60,962 nt of DNA, from the NCBI GenBank assembly GCA_048213135.1, contig PS015452.1, positions 110,753 to 171,714 on the forward strand, written 5' to 3'. This DNA comes from Reclinomonas americana ATCC 50394 (Eukaryota). A program made the position numbers and the translations under genes. The notes under the pieces are model-generated. The model saw only the letters and a list, made by a program, of their open reading frames with translations. It did not search any database and was not told where the DNA came from. Positions 13,493 through 26,832 of this stretch are shown here, one piece after another. Position 1 is the first letter of the stretch. Every line of letters starts with the position of its first letter.

Positions 13493-14587
13493 TCACAGCT
13501 TGCTCTTCATCAGCAGCGGGTACGTCTTGACCACCTGCTGACTGCGCTCCTCTCGAAACATGCGCAGCGCAAACTGACCGGCGGGAGTGGCGCGAAACTC
13601 GTCGACAAGCGCGCGCATGACAGACGGCAACTCGTCCAACGTTGGCAGCCGACCTCCGTACCCTGCGCAAAAGCTTGAGCAAAAAAAAAAACGCTCAGTC
13701 AGTTGTCTCTCGCAGCTGCAGCACAAACCTTCCTCTGGACTCGGCATCAGCGCCGGAGCCGCCATGCACGCAAACGACAAGTCAGCCGCCGTAAAGCGAT
13801 CGCCGACTAGATACCGCCGTCCATCGGCCAGCAGCGCGCTCACCGCGGAAAACTCCTGCATACCATCGCTCCCGTGTCATCCTTGCGCGCATAGCAACAA
13901 CAACAACCACGCTGAGAAACGCACCTCGCGCAGCTTGGCAATCGATCGCTGCACTCGCGCCTCGGTCACGCCCAGCCCATTGACGATACCGTTGACCACA
14001 AACGGCTTGGAGAGCCAGATAAGCGTCGCCTGCAGCCAGGAAAAGTTGGCGCGCACCATGCGCATGAGCAGATCGCTGTCGGCGAGCACGTGAAAGTAGG
14101 CCAGGCGACGTGAGTGCGGGCCGACTTGATCGTGGAAGCGCTTCTCCAGCTCGACAATGCGCTCGCGATGTGCACTGGGGTACAGCGAGTCGCGCTCATC
14201 GTCGTGTGCGTATCGCGCCGAGGCCCACTGTGCAATGTCGGTGGAGTCGTGGAGAACGCGACGCCCGCTGGTGCGCGAGTTCACCACGAGACAAGGCGTG
14301 GAATAGTTGGTGGAGATGTTGTCGCCGTGTGCTTTGTGTGTGCCGCGTGTGGCGATCGCCACTGGGAGCATGTGGAAGAGGGGCATGAAGGGACGCTCGT
14401 GGTAGGCCACATGGAAGCGGTCGAGTGCCCATCGCGCCTTCTCCTGTGCATGCAGTCAAGAGTGAGACCTTTGTGGCATGCAAGAGGAGGTGACTGCACG
14501 CGCAACGTTGTAGTGCGAGAAGCGGATGGTGATCAACTCCAGTGAGGGCTCATCGTCGGCCTTGCGCTTGCTGCTGCTGGATTGCAT
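13493..14587 (-). CDS. Glutathione S-transferase-fold protein (paralog 2) with C-terminal PTS1 (SKL)
   Basis: Same motifs and the same three intron positions as paralog 1; ends YPLLMKSKL*. Confidence 0.9.
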
Positions 14588-14629
14588 GGTGGCGGACTTG
14601 ACAACAAACTCCGTCCCAAACGAATGAAT

Positions 14630-17600
14630 TTATTGTGACCCCCGTCCTCGCCTTCCCATGGTGGAGTTTGCAGTCGCTGGCCTTGTTCGCGGAGGTGATG
14701 TGGCGAGTGGTGAAGCGGCGGGAGGCGGAGAGCGGATTTCGGCAACTGGCGATCGCAAGCCGGCACTTCGCAGTCGGCCGCCCAGCGAGGCCAGAGGAGG
14801 CGGTGGCGGAGGGGAGCGCTCGGCTGGAGAGTGCACTGGACTGGTGAGGGTAGCCACCGCCGAGGCCACTCGTTCGATGGCGCGAATGGCATCGTTGACC
14901 GGCACGGCAGACAGGCCGCCGACAATGTGCGCCGACTTGGGTCGCCGTTTCTGCACGAGACCAGCGTGAATTCGCTGGAGGTGCATATCGTGTTCTCCCC
15001 CCTGTATATGTCTCACCGGCGAGGAACCTGTTGGCGAGTCGGTGGCATGTGTCGATTGGTCGAGCGACGCCGATGCGGAGCCTCCGGTGGACGTCGTACT
15101 GCCGCCGGTGCGACCGTGCAACGGAGCAGAGCGCTGGCGGCGCAATCGACGCTGCGTACAGACAACGATGAGCGCTTGACAATAAACAGGGGACATGCAG
15201 GTGCATGGGCGATGAACCTCGTTCTCTGTCTTTAGAGTCTGGCAGTAGCGTGTTCCGTGCCGAATGGCTTGTAGTGCGTCCTCCACGTCCAAATCCACCT
15301 GTTGAGTCTGCAGGAAGATTGTCAGTACGCCGCGAGACTCTCGACGTGCGTGGTGCACTGGAGGGGGCACCTTGAAATCCAACATGCGCAGTCGGAATCG
15401 CTGTGCGTCCTCTGACAGGTGCGTCTCATTGATCGTCTGGCGGTGCGCGGGTGAGTCGGACGCCGAGAGGGAGAGAATCACAGCACGCAGCGTCACTGCA
15501 CCTCAGAGGTCTGCTTATGCAGCTGCGCTTCAGCGTGCACGTCGCGGATCAAGTGCGCCGGCAAGTCCGGCACCGACACACGCAAGTTGCGTGCTTGCGA
15601 CTGCTGGGAGGAGACTCGGAATCCGCACGGTCCGCGCACGACCGACGCCGATGGGGGACGGGAAAAACTGAGCTGCTTCTGGTTGTCCGCGCTCTGTGCG
15701 CTGGCCAACATTGGGACAGCTGGCGCAGACGGTGTGCGCGGTGGCGACGGACTCGGTTGCGTGTCGACAGCTGGAGGATCGACGACAGCTGGTGAAGCGG
15801 GCTGCGGGTCAACAGTGGTGGTAGTGGTGGTGGTGATGATGGTGGTGGTGGCGGCGGCGCTTGGTGCAGCCGACTTGCGAGACACTGGACTCCGCGGGCG
15901 CAGCGACACGGTTGTGTGCGCCAACGAGGTGCCGAGTGGTGGTGGTCGGTTTGCTGTCCGCGGACTGCATGCAGATTGGGTCAGCACGCATGACGACAAA
16001 GAGGCATGCTTGGCGCGCACTGCATGTACGCACACATGGGGGAGCTGATCGAGAGTCGAGCTTGCAGGCGCAGCAATGGTGGTGGCGGTGTGTGAATGTT
16101 CCGACTCGTGTGCTTCACTGGCCGCGTCGTCAAACGGCGCAATGCTGGAACCGGCAATCAGATTCCACGACTCCTCCACAGGCGTCTGTCGGTGACTTGT
16201 CGACAGTGGTGGACCCGCACTCTGCACACCTCACATTTCAGTTAACACTCCACACGACGCCCAAGATGAAGGCAACACTCACCGGCAGTGGCACTTGGGA
16301 CTTGAACAGTGCGTCTTGCAGTTTCGTACTCTCGGCCACCTCCGACAGCGCACGCGCCGACGGCAGTGCCGACGCGGAGCGCGACAGGCCATCTTGTGAC
16401 GGCTCTAGAGACGATGAAGCCGCATCGCCCCCCTGTTGCAACTGCTGTTGCTGCTGCTGTTCATGATGTAGTTGATGTTGTTGCTCGTCGCCACGCATGT
16501 CCATTCGCCTGCCACTGCTGCTGCTGCTGCCTGCGCCGGCGACCTTGATCCGGCGCAGTACACGCGCCGACGCCCTACGCTGCAGCAGCGATCCACCGCC
16601 ACTGTCACTGCCACTGTCGGCCCTGGCACTTGCCGCCGGCGACACGTGTGCCGTCGCACTCGTCCTTGCCATCAGCATTGCACTTTTCTCGGCGTCTGTT
16701 GTTGTTGACATGACAACTCAGCAATAAAAGAACAGAGGTTCTTCTCGAATGTGCACATACCACTTCCATCCTCTTCGTCCTCCTCATTCAGCGGTGGCGG
16801 AGCCGATGGCACACGCACGGCAGGAGCTGCCGAATGTGGCCTCTTGTCACTCGGGAATGACGACAACTCGTCGAGCTGTGGTGCTTCTTGAGCCGACAGT
16901 GATGGCTGCGAGTGAAGCGGTCCCGAATCGTCTTCCTCCTGCCGTCGGCGCGACCGCTTGGCCGGTGGCGTCTGGTTCTGCGGCGATGTGATGTCTGCCA
17001 TGGAGCGAATCAGGGCCGATGCAGAGCTGGCGCGGAAGCGTTTCGTGGCCGCCGACGAGGGTGAAGGTGAACGCGACGGCGGTCGCTCATTCGGACGCAA
17101 CGCAATGAAGCGATGCCAGGTCGGTCGAGAGTGCGTGCCACTGGATGAAAGACGCGGGCGTGCACTTGGGGAGAGGGACGTACGCCCAGAATGCGCGACT
17201 TCCTCCGGCAGCTGCGTCCCATCAAAGAGCGATCGAGAAACACTGCGGCGCCTCGCACTGGCGCCCGGTGATTCGGCCGCCGACGGCGACGCCAGCAGCG
17301 ACGACAGTGTATACTGCGGCTGATGGAGCTGCTGCTGTTGAATTTGTTGCTGGATGGCTGGCAGCGTCGAATTGGTGATGTGCAGCTGTGACAGCTGACG
17401 GCGCTGCAAGTGATGCAAGGTGGCCGACGCCGGTCGCGAGGCGGAGGTGGGTCGTCCCAGATGTGCACGCTCCCACACGGATTCGTGGGGTGAGGCGACC
17501 TCTTTGGCGACGGCAGCCGGTGCGCGATGAGCCACCTGCATCGTTATTGCGTGGGTCGTCGGCACACAGTATCCATCCTTTAGTATGCTCCGCTGCTCAC

Positions 17601-19035
17601 CTCTCGTGCATGCGACACGTTGACCATCAAGTGGTCCTTCACCGTGGGCGAATGGCGCACCGGTGACGCCGAGGTCGCGGCTGCCGCGGCGGCGGCGGCC
17701 AACACGGACGACGAGGACGGTGAGATGGACCGGCGGACCTGCAGCGACTGCAGCATGAGTGCCCGCTGTTCCTTCTTGCGCCGTTGATGCTCCCGGTGAA
17801 CGTGCGACAGGCGCACGGCGTCGGAGAGTACCGCATCGTCGTCCGCGGCCTCGTTGCTCGCCGTTATCGTGACGGAATGCTCCCGCGCACGCCTCAGCTC
17901 CTTGCCAAACTTGCTCGAGGAGGTAGTGATGGCACTGCCGCCTGTTCGCTGCTGCTGCTGCTGCTGCGACGACGACGACGGCGGCGCCAGTGACAACTTT
18001 TGCCGGCCCACCAGAGTGACACGACGGCCACCCTCCTGCACGAGAGTGATGGTGGTCATGTCGGCGGTCTCCGTCCGCGGCTGTCGGCGCAGATGAGCAA
18101 GCCCAGGCCGCGATGGCGAGTGGCTGCCGTTGCTGCTGGCGTCGGCGGCCAGGCGGGCGGCCGTGGCAGCCGCCGCCTGCTCCTCGCCACGCGTGGCCAT
18201 GCGATCGGCCACTTGCGACACGGTCCGGGCACGCCGAGTCGCCGAACCGAGTCGCGACACCACCTTCTGCAGTCCAGCCCCGCCAAAACCACCGGCAGCG
18301 GCCGCGACCGCTACGGCAGCTGACGCCGACGGACCGCCTCCACCTCCACGATCGTGCGCCAGCAGCACGGCCAGCGCACGTCGCTGCGATCCACGAGACA
18401 GCGCTCGACTCGCTCTCGACTCCAACTCGGCCACCACCACCGTCGGCATCTCCCGCGACTGCAACGTCCGCTCGTACCGCGCCGCTGTCGCCGACCACCC
18501 TCGCCCCGCGAACCGAACCGGTCGTCCACCATCGCGGTTCTCCACTTCGTCGTCCTCGTCATCATCCTCTGGATCATCATCATCGTCATCGTCCACGGCA
18601 ACCTCCTCATTGTCAGCGTCATCATCGTCGTCGTCCAAATGGAGCTCGTCGAGCTCGGGCGACGGCACCGACGAGCGCGGCGACACCACGACTGATCATC
18701 TCGAACATGAGTCGTCTAACAACAAAACACCCTTTTCTTCTTCATCTTCTTCCACACAGTCTTCTCCCTGTCACATCCCACTCACCATCGTCATCATCAA
18801 TCAACGCACGCTCCACTTCTCTCTCCACCAGTCGGTCTGCACGCACGTGTGGCACAGCGACCACCAGTGAATCATCGCCGTCGCGTTGCAGCCGTTTGAG
18901 GTGATCGAACAAAGCCGCGTGTCGCTGCTCCGACGCTGCCTCCTCGTGGCGCCATTGTGCACGGTGCCGGTGGAATGAGCGCTGTAGGTGTTGCTCTTGC
19001 GTCCAGAAGCCGGCCTTGGCGGGCGCGGCTTCCAT
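14630..19035 (-). CDS. Large, mostly disordered Ser/Pro/Arg/Gln-rich hypothetical protein
   Basis: Consecutive minus-strand ORFs (18742-19035, 17580-18689, 16672-17550, 16238-16711, 15493-16227, 14630-15496) can be linked by short GT-AG introns. No domain recognised. Confidence 0.6.
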
Positions 19036-19081
19036 TCACTCACGCACGTGCCTGATCGTGATTGAGTGTGTGACACCGCAG

Positions 19082-22000
19082 ATGTCATCCATGCCCATCA
19101 ATGTGCGTTTGCCAGTCACACTCCGGTCTCTCTGGAGAGAGACTCGCACTCTCACAGCGGCCTCTTGCGATGAATCCGTCTGGTGGCGCAGTGGCCGCCG
19201 CGTCACAGCAAAAGACGGTCTCTATGAACGCGCGCTCTTGTGTCTGTATGAAAGTGCAGTTTGCTCATGTGTGTATCTCTCTCCCTCTCTGCCTCTCCCT
19301 CTCTCTTTCTTTCTCTCTGTGTACGTGCGTGCGTATCGATCGCAGATGTGGAAACGCATTCACAACGCGCTCATCTTGTCGTCGACGATTGGTCGGGTCA
19401 GATTACCAACAACCACAGCAACGAGTTGAGTGCGCGATGACCTTCTCTCCCTTCTCTCTCCCCTCCCTCTCTCTCCCCTTTCTCTCTGTCTCTTCTCTCC
19501 CCTCCCTTCCACATCATCTTGACTGATTTCTTCGATTTTGATCATGTCTGATCTTCCGGCACACAGATGATGAGGAGGAAGAAGACGATGAGGAGGAGGA
19601 TGATGAGGAGGAGAAGGCCAGTGACAGTGAAGTCGAGGAGCATCCACATGACTACTCTGTGGACGATGAGGACGATGATGGCGAAGTGCCGGCAATGATC
19701 ACGGATGATCATCATCGGGAGCTGGATGCGATTGCCGATGAGGGAGTGGCGTTGCAGCGGGAGCTGGAACGAGTTGCGTGCACTGTTTGCTGTAGGAGTG
19801 CTTGCTCTCCTCGCTTACTCACACACTACTTTCGAGTATGTAGTGGTGGGCCTGCTGCAGCTGCGCAGAGCCTGTGGGTCACGACACGATTCGTGCCGCC
19901 GTCTATGTCGATTTCTTCACCAAGCTGCTCATGAAGAGCGATGAGCATGCGGCGCTCTTGTCGGAGGAGAAGATTCGCGCCTCCATCCAGGTTCATGCGC
20001 GCACTCGTTCCTCTTCTTCTTTCTTTTCCGCAAGATGACTGACTCGTGCTGGCAGTTTGAGTGGCGACGCGATCGGCACGGCGCACGCAACATCACTCTC
20101 GATCAGTTCCTCGAGTCGGCCCATCAGTTTGTGGAGGGTCTGTACGCGCCCCTTTTTCCATTGTCGATGTGTTGTGTTCACGGTATCGTGTCACAGAGTG
20201 GCACCCTGGTGTACCGCCGAGTGAGGCGCGACGATGTGCCCGTCGCTTGCTTGAACGAGCCTTTCCCGACCACGAGCGTCGTGTCCGTCAACACAATCGT
20301 GCGTCGCACATCCTTCCCCCACCCTATCTCTTTGTTGTCCTCACTCACCTCGCCCAGAGCGCGCCAACACGGCACGACCACACCCCGAGATGCGTCCGTG
20401 GACTCCCGAGTTTGACCCCAACTCGGGCGCGTGGAAGCTGCGAGCGTCGCCGACGGATCTCACCCGCTCACTCATCACTCGCCGCCTGTCGCCACCGCAC
20501 ATGGAAAGGGAGGGTGGCGGCTCGCCGTCGTCTCCCGGCTCCCCACCATTCACACCCTCGTCGACCGTATCCTCGTTGCCGCCACCGGCGCCTCTGCGTG
20601 GCGTGTCACCGGGCACCGTCGAACGTCTGTGGTTTGTGCCGCAGCCGTCGCCGCTTCCGCCACCCCTGCCGCCACAGCAGCTGGCTCCGCTGAAGCCCGT
20701 GGTCGCTACGTTTGAGGTGGTTCTGGCGCCAGACATGACGGCGCAGCAACAGAAGCTCAAAGCGGTGCCCGGCAAGGTGCAACGGCGTGCCTCTGTGGAC
20801 ACAGTCACATTGTCGTCTGGACCGCGGTGGCCGTCGGTGGTCGACAGTTTTGCTGTGCTGAAGGATCCAGTGCAGGCGTGGGAAGTTGCGCAATCGTTCA
20901 TGGCGCACGCGTGTGTGATCACATTGCACTCATCCGTGCCTGGACAGGGTGCTCGATTCGCCACGTCGCCGCTCGTCGACAAGCTGGCAAAACCCAAGGG
21001 CCGCTATCATTACCTCGAGTTTAACGAGAACTGTTGCGCACACTCCACCGCTACGCAACGCCGGACAGCTGCTGATGCTGACGTGTGTGTTCCCCCAATT
21101 GTAGCACGGCGCCAGGAGTCAGCTGCAGAACCGCGAATTGTGGCTCAACCACGTGCAGCAGGTCTGTTGCCTTCATTCTTCTTCATCCTTCGTGTATCTC
21201 TGTGTATTTACCCGCATTCCCCTACCAGCTGTCGATGAAGCACCTCCCGCCCCCATGCAGTCGCCTCCACCACAACAGCCTCCGCCACCAATGCCGCAAC
21301 CAGTGGCGAGTCCGTCGTCGCCAATGGCGGCACACAGTGGAAGCGGTAACGGTTCTCCGACGCGCTTGCGGCAAGTGCTCTTTGCAGGGCCGACCTCGCC
21401 CGAGGTCGCCCCCACGGCGGGACCGCGTGCGCTGCCGGCCACGCTACCGTCGCGGCGTGCATCGATACCAATGCCGACCACGTTCTTTCACGATGAAGCG
21501 CTACTGCAGCCGCCACCAGAAGATCCCAAGCAGGCCACCCGCCAGGCGTACGCCAAGCTCGCCAAGGCACGTGAGGAGAAACGCAACAGCAAGGGCTCCA
21601 GTTCTCCGACGTGCGTCGTCAGTCCCTGCACTCCGCCTCACACATGTGCTCCTTTGTTCTTTCACTCTGACTGACTGCCACATGCGTGCCACCAGCGCGG
21701 CGCCGCACCAGCATGCAAAGTCACTCGGCAACGGCATGTGGGCACTCGATGTGCAGCACTTGCCTGCCGACCCCAACCGCCACGCCGACGAGTTGCTGTC
21801 CACGGAGCGGCAGTGGAATGCGCAGCATGTGGCCTCGTTTCCGGCGCATTTGCCGACGTATCTCAGTCCAGAGGGTACGCTGCCAGTCGTCGTCGGACAG
21901 CAGAGATGCCGTTCTTCTCACACTCGACACAGGCGACAAGATCGAGCCGCGCGCACAATCTGCCTTGTCACCACTTTCACCGGCCGCCGCCGAGATTGAG

Positions 22001-24292
22001 CAATCGCCTGTCGCAGCCACACTAGCTCGAGACGAGGTGTCGCCTGCTTCATTTGGTTCGCCAACCGATGATGCTGAGGGACATCAGCAGCGACCGGCGT
22101 CGTCGGTGAGCAGAGATCGAAGGGCATGCATCATACATTACAACGTCACACATCTCACTCTTTCTCTCTATCCTGCAGCCGGCGCTGAGCGAGACCATGG
22201 GAGCGACGGGCACGCGGTTGGAGGATGCTCTTCGCGCAGAAGTGGACTGGGATGTTGGTCCCTTCCGTGAGGAACCTTCGTCGCCGAGTGCCGAAAACGG
22301 CGACGAGCATGTGAACGAGAGTCGTGCGCTGCCGGCCTCGCACCAGAGAGCGACAAAGGCGGCCGCTTCAAGTCCACAAGGTCGCCACCACCCGCGTCAA
22401 GTGTCGGAACCAGCCATGACGTCGTCGCTGCGGTCGCGACTGGAGACGAGTCTGCGAGCTGCTCGAGAAACAGTGCCACCACCTTCTGCGCCCGGCAATC
22501 CACGCATCGGCCGCTCGCCCAACAGACCACCAGCTCGGAGACTTGTTGTGTTCGAGGATCCCGCCGATCCGTTTACCACCACCAGTCTGTCGCCCGGTGC
22601 GCGTTTCTTTGTGCCAACAACATGCATTCTTGATATAGTATGCTGACGCAGCTGCGAATAGATCATGTCACTGGCCTCCCGCGACATATCATGCCGACAC
22701 CCTTGGGCGCGGGGGTGGTGCCGTCGTCTGCAGACACGAGTCCCACTCGTGATCCGTCGCCACATATGCGACGTGCGAGTCAATCGCACATGCAGCAGCA
22801 ACAACAGTACCACCATCAACATCAACAACAACAACCGCCGCCGCAGCAGCAGCAGCAGAAGCAGTTGCGACCACAGTCGGCGCCGAGTGCGCGTCGCGGT
22901 ACGCCACATTACCTGCAAGCGACTGCTGCCTCGGCACACTTGCACGGCGACACCGTGAATGGAACACTGCTTGCACGCGATGCCGCCAAGACGGATCCAG
23001 GTTTGCGTCTCCCAGCCTTCGTATTTGGTGGTAAGTACTAGTTGTGTGACTTTATTGGGGTGTGCAGAGCTGTTGCATGCTGCTCAGCTGGCGTACGACC
23101 TGTCGGACCCCGCACGGGAGACATCGGCTGTGGTTCGCCTCCGAAAGACTGCGCTGCATGAGAAAGCGGGTGAGGCCAACAAGCAACTGCGCCAGTCGCT
23201 GCGTGTTATCCGCGGCGTGGCTGGACGCTATGCCGGCGACCACGTGCCCGGGGTAAGCTCTTTGCCTGGACAGTACCCATTTTCCCACCTCACTCTCTCA
23301 TCTTTGATTCTGTGTGTCAGCGGACTTCCCCTCCGCACTCACGTTCACGGTCGCCGCCACTTGACAACCACAGGTGAGAAGCGCTCGAGTCATTGTGTGC
23401 TGCAGGCGTGAAATACCCATTCGACGCTCACCTTCCCCCTCTTCCCCCTCATTCCCCCTTCCCGCGCCATGCAGCACATCCATGTCACTCGACGAGTTGC
23501 TCGAACGCCGTGCGCTGTGGCGATCGCTGCCAAAGACGCTGTCCACCGTCCCCGAAGTGCACGTCAAGACCATTGACTTGTCGGCGGTGCCTGTCGCCCC
23601 ACTCCCACCCACGCCAACCGCTGTCGCAGGTGCGAAGACCTGCCCCCCCCCCCCCCCCCAACTTCATGTGCCACCCACTCGCCGACTCACTCGTGAGCTT
23701 CGCAGCGGTGGTTGGTCTCGCCGAATCGATGGCCTCGCAGCACGCTGGAGGTCCACTCTCGCCACCCTACATGGCGGCCGTGCGGCCGCCGAGTGCCAAC
23801 GCCGTTCGACGCACACTCGGTGCACTGAGTCCCTCGCGTGGTGGTGGTGGTGGTGGAAGCGGGCATGCACGGCACGCCACGTCAGATGCCGTCTCGTCCC
23901 CGAGCGGCAGCCACCACCACGGTCAGCCAAGCAGTCCGCCAACTCGACGGTCACGACCGGCCAGTGCCGTGCATCCGCGAGAGGCGGCGCAGGTGGTCGA
24001 GGGCATGCTGCTGGAGCTGGACGCCGACGTACGAGCGCGTGTGGTCAGCAACACGTGGCGACCACACACGCGGCACAATGCGTTGCCAGTCAGCAAGGAG
24101 ACCACCAACGGGCGGTACCAGCACCAGCTCAAGTGGGTGGTGCAGGGCGAATCCGTGGGTCTCGGCGCATCACAGTCCTCGTCTGCACCGGCAGCCAATG
24201 GGGGAATGGCAAGCGGTGGTGGTGGGGGAGGAGGAGGGGGAAGTGGAGGAGGAGAAGGAGTTCGAGGCAGTCGGCGATCCAAGCGATTCTGA
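19082..24292 (+). CDS. Large multi-exon hypothetical protein with acidic, Pro-rich and poly-Gln tracts; may extend to about 24630
   Basis: Chain of plus-strand exons with GT-AG boundaries and branch-like CTGAC/CTCAC motifs. No family recognised; both ends uncertain. Confidence 0.5.
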
Positions 24293-24675
24293 AGTGTACT
24301 TTTTTGGTCGAAAACTGGGGCGCGATATTCCGACGGGAGGTGCAGTCAAATCAAATCACAGTCAGTACCGATGCGCGTTCTTCATCCATGCCTCGCTGTC
24401 AGCGACACACAACAGATCGTGGAGTACTCTGTTCGGGAAGCAATATCGAACACAACCGATATCGGACAACTCCATCCGCTCTCTCTCTCCCACGCTCCTC
24501 CTGCACAAGCTGACCACTCACCCTGCCTCTCACTGTTGGAGATGACTCACACAGAGGGACCAATTGCAAGGCGCGCGTGGTTTCCCTGCCGAAGAAACCG
24601 AACACTACCTGAGCGACTCTTTGTTTGATTTTCTCATTTTCACCATCATTGAGCGCAAAGCAAGCTCTCTTTCAC

Positions 24676-26274
24676 ATGACAACAACAACAACAACAACAA
24701 CATCGCCGCCCACTCTGGCACCACTGCCACCGCCCTTCACCGGCGCAGTGACACTCGTGCGCACACTGCGCGACTTGGGCGCCTCCGGCCACATAACCAG
24801 TGTGTGTTTCTCGCCCGACCCGCAGCGCACACTGCTCGCCTGCGCCTCTCGCCAACACTCGCGCGTGCTAGTCTACGCACCGGCCTCCCTGTGTGGCCAC
24901 GAGGGCCCTCCTGCGCGCGCGCACGAGCCCTCCTCATCGCTCTTTTACCGCCTCGTCTTGTCGTACACGGTGCCAGGCGCCTGCAACGTGCAGGCCATCA
25001 CCTGGTGCAGCGCACACTGTCTGGCAGTGGCCTATGGCACCGATGTGCGCCCGGCAGTGATCGAGGTCATTGATGTGCGCACGGGTGACTCGAGGAGAGG
25101 CGGGGTGCTGACGGGACACTCGCACGAGATCACCTCGTTGGACGCGAGCATTGAGAAGGAGGCGGTGGTGTTGGCCTCGGGATCGTGCGATCACACAGTG
25201 CGTCTGTGGCGACTGGGCACGCTGGACACGTTGAGTGTTGAGGGAGGAGGGGGCGAGGACGAATTGTCGCTGCACTCGTCCGGATCGTTGTCGTCGTACT
25301 CGTCGTCGAGTAGCAGCAGCGATGAGGATGAGGGTGGGAGCGATGGAGAGAACGATGTGGACGACAGTGATGTGCTGTTTGGGCATCGCAGTCGCGTCAC
25401 CTGCGTGCGATTCCGTGCCGACGGACAAGTGCTGGCCTCGGCCTCGGCCAACTCGGAGGTGCGACTGTGGTCGGTGGCCACGGGGGTGTGCCTCTTTGCG
25501 CTGCCGTATGTGTCGGGCGGCGGCGTCTTCACGTCGGTGGCGTGGCATCCGCAAGGCACACAGCTGGTGGCCTCCACCGACACGGGCCTGGTGCATGTGT
25601 GGGACGCCAAGGACCCGAATCAACGCCGCTCGCTGCGCACGCTGACGCCCGACACCCCCGCCCAGCACGCCTCCGATGTGGCGTTCTGGCCCGGCCCTGG
25701 CGGCATTGTGACGAGCGCCAGCACTGGCGGTGTCAAGCTGTGGCGCGGTACCGAGTGCTTGCGCAGCTTCCCGGCCGAGTCGCCGCCGCAGAGCATTGCG
25801 TGGACGCCGGATGCCGCCCTCCTGGCCATTGGCAACACCGACGGCAGCGTGTCGATTTACATGCACGACGCGTCGGCGTTGCGCAGCGAGGTGATGATGG
25901 CGCACGAGGCCATTGGCCTGTTCATGGAGGCCGACGACGGCGACGACCACTACCACGGCAGTGCGTTGCTGATCTCGCCCACTGCCGCCTCCTCCACCTC
26001 GACGACGACGACAACAACAGCAACGACAGCAATGTCGCCCAGTGCGCGCCGGTCATCGGTCTCGACGGTGCCGCCGTCGCCCACTGCGGCGGCCAGAAGC
26101 AGGAGGAAAGTGAAGTCGGTGCCGATTCAGGCCACGGTGTTGCACGTGGTGGCGCAGCATGCGGCGCTGTGCCTGTGGAGGTTACTGAAGGTCCCGGTGC
26201 CACCATTCAAGTCGCCGTCGGCGGCGGAGTCGAGCGGCGTAGGAACCACAATAGATGTAGAGGATCGACAGTGA
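24676..26274 (+). CDS. WD40-repeat protein, single exon
   Basis: Uninterrupted ORF with LTGHSHEITSL...LASGSCDHTVRLW, GHRSRVTCVRF...LASASANSEVRLW and LVHVWD repeats. Confidence 0.92.
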   Translation: MTTTTTTTTSPPTLAPLPPPFTGAVTLVRTLRDLGASGHITSVCFSPDPQRTLLACASRQHSRVLVYAPASLCGHEGPPARAHEPSSSLFYRLVLSYTVPGACNVQAITWCSAHCLAVAYGTDVRPAVIEVIDVRTGDSRRGGVLTGHSHEITSLDASIEKEAVVLASGSCDHTVRLWRLGTLDTLSVEGGGGEDELSLHSSGSLSSYSSSSSSSDEDEGGSDGENDVDDSDVLFGHRSRVTCVRFRADGQVLASASANSEVRLWSVATGVCLFALPYVSGGGVFTSVAWHPQGTQLVASTDTGLVHVWDAKDPNQRRSLRTLTPDTPAQHASDVAFWPGPGGIVTSASTGGVKLWRGTECLRSFPAESPPQSIAWTPDAALLAIGNTDGSVSIYMHDASALRSEVMMAHEAIGLFMEADDGDDHYHGSALLISPTAASSTSTTTTTTATTAMSPSARRSSVSTVPPSPTAAARSRRKVKSVPIQATVLHVVAQHAALCLWRLLKVPVPPFKSPSAAESSGVGTTIDVEDRQ

Positions 26275-26473
26275 TCTTGGTGTAGAAAGGAGGGGAAGAG
26301 ATCAAGTAGAGCTTGTTATAATAATGTTATGTGCAGCATTTGTTTATGTTGGAGGGAAGCGTTCTTCTTTCGGTGCGTAGAGTTTGTGAGAAGAGAAGAG
26401 GCATGCATGATGGCGATCTCGATCGCACTCAGCAGATATCAGATCCCGCTCTCAGCATTCCACCCCACGCAAT

Positions 26474-26546
26474 GCCTCTGTAGTTCATCTGGTAGAATAT
26501 ACGACTGAAGATCGTAAGGTAGCTGGTTCGAGCCCAGCCGGAGGCA
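26474..26546 (+). tRNA. tRNA-Phe (GAA), copy 1
   Basis: Cloverleaf: acceptor GCCTCTG/CGGAGGC, anticodon arm TACGA-CTGAAGA-TCGTA, T arm GCTGG-TTCGAGC-CCAGC; oligo-T Pol III terminator follows. Confidence 0.95.
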
Positions 26547-26832
26547 TTTTTTGATCGCTGCATGCACCAACTTTTTTGGTACAAAATCGATCGTGACAAT
26601 CGCGCCTTCCCGTTGTCAGAGCACAATGCAGCAACGCGCCTGTAGGTGCACTGGAAGATGGCCTCTGACGCGACAGCCACTTTTTTGCCAGCGCTCAAGC
26701 ACGTCCCCCAAAAGGGTGGTCGCAGTCGACAAGTTCTGCATGCACAACTTCGTCCTCACAATCGGTTTTTGTGTCTCGCGATCGCACTCAGCAGATATCA
26801 GATCCCGCTCTCAGCATTCCACCCCACGCAAT

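Noticed and set aside
24934-25956. Long antisense or alternative-frame ORFs overlapping real genes (also 18113-18904, 58281-59081)
   Set aside because: Expected shadow ORFs in GC-rich coding DNA; no domain-like features.
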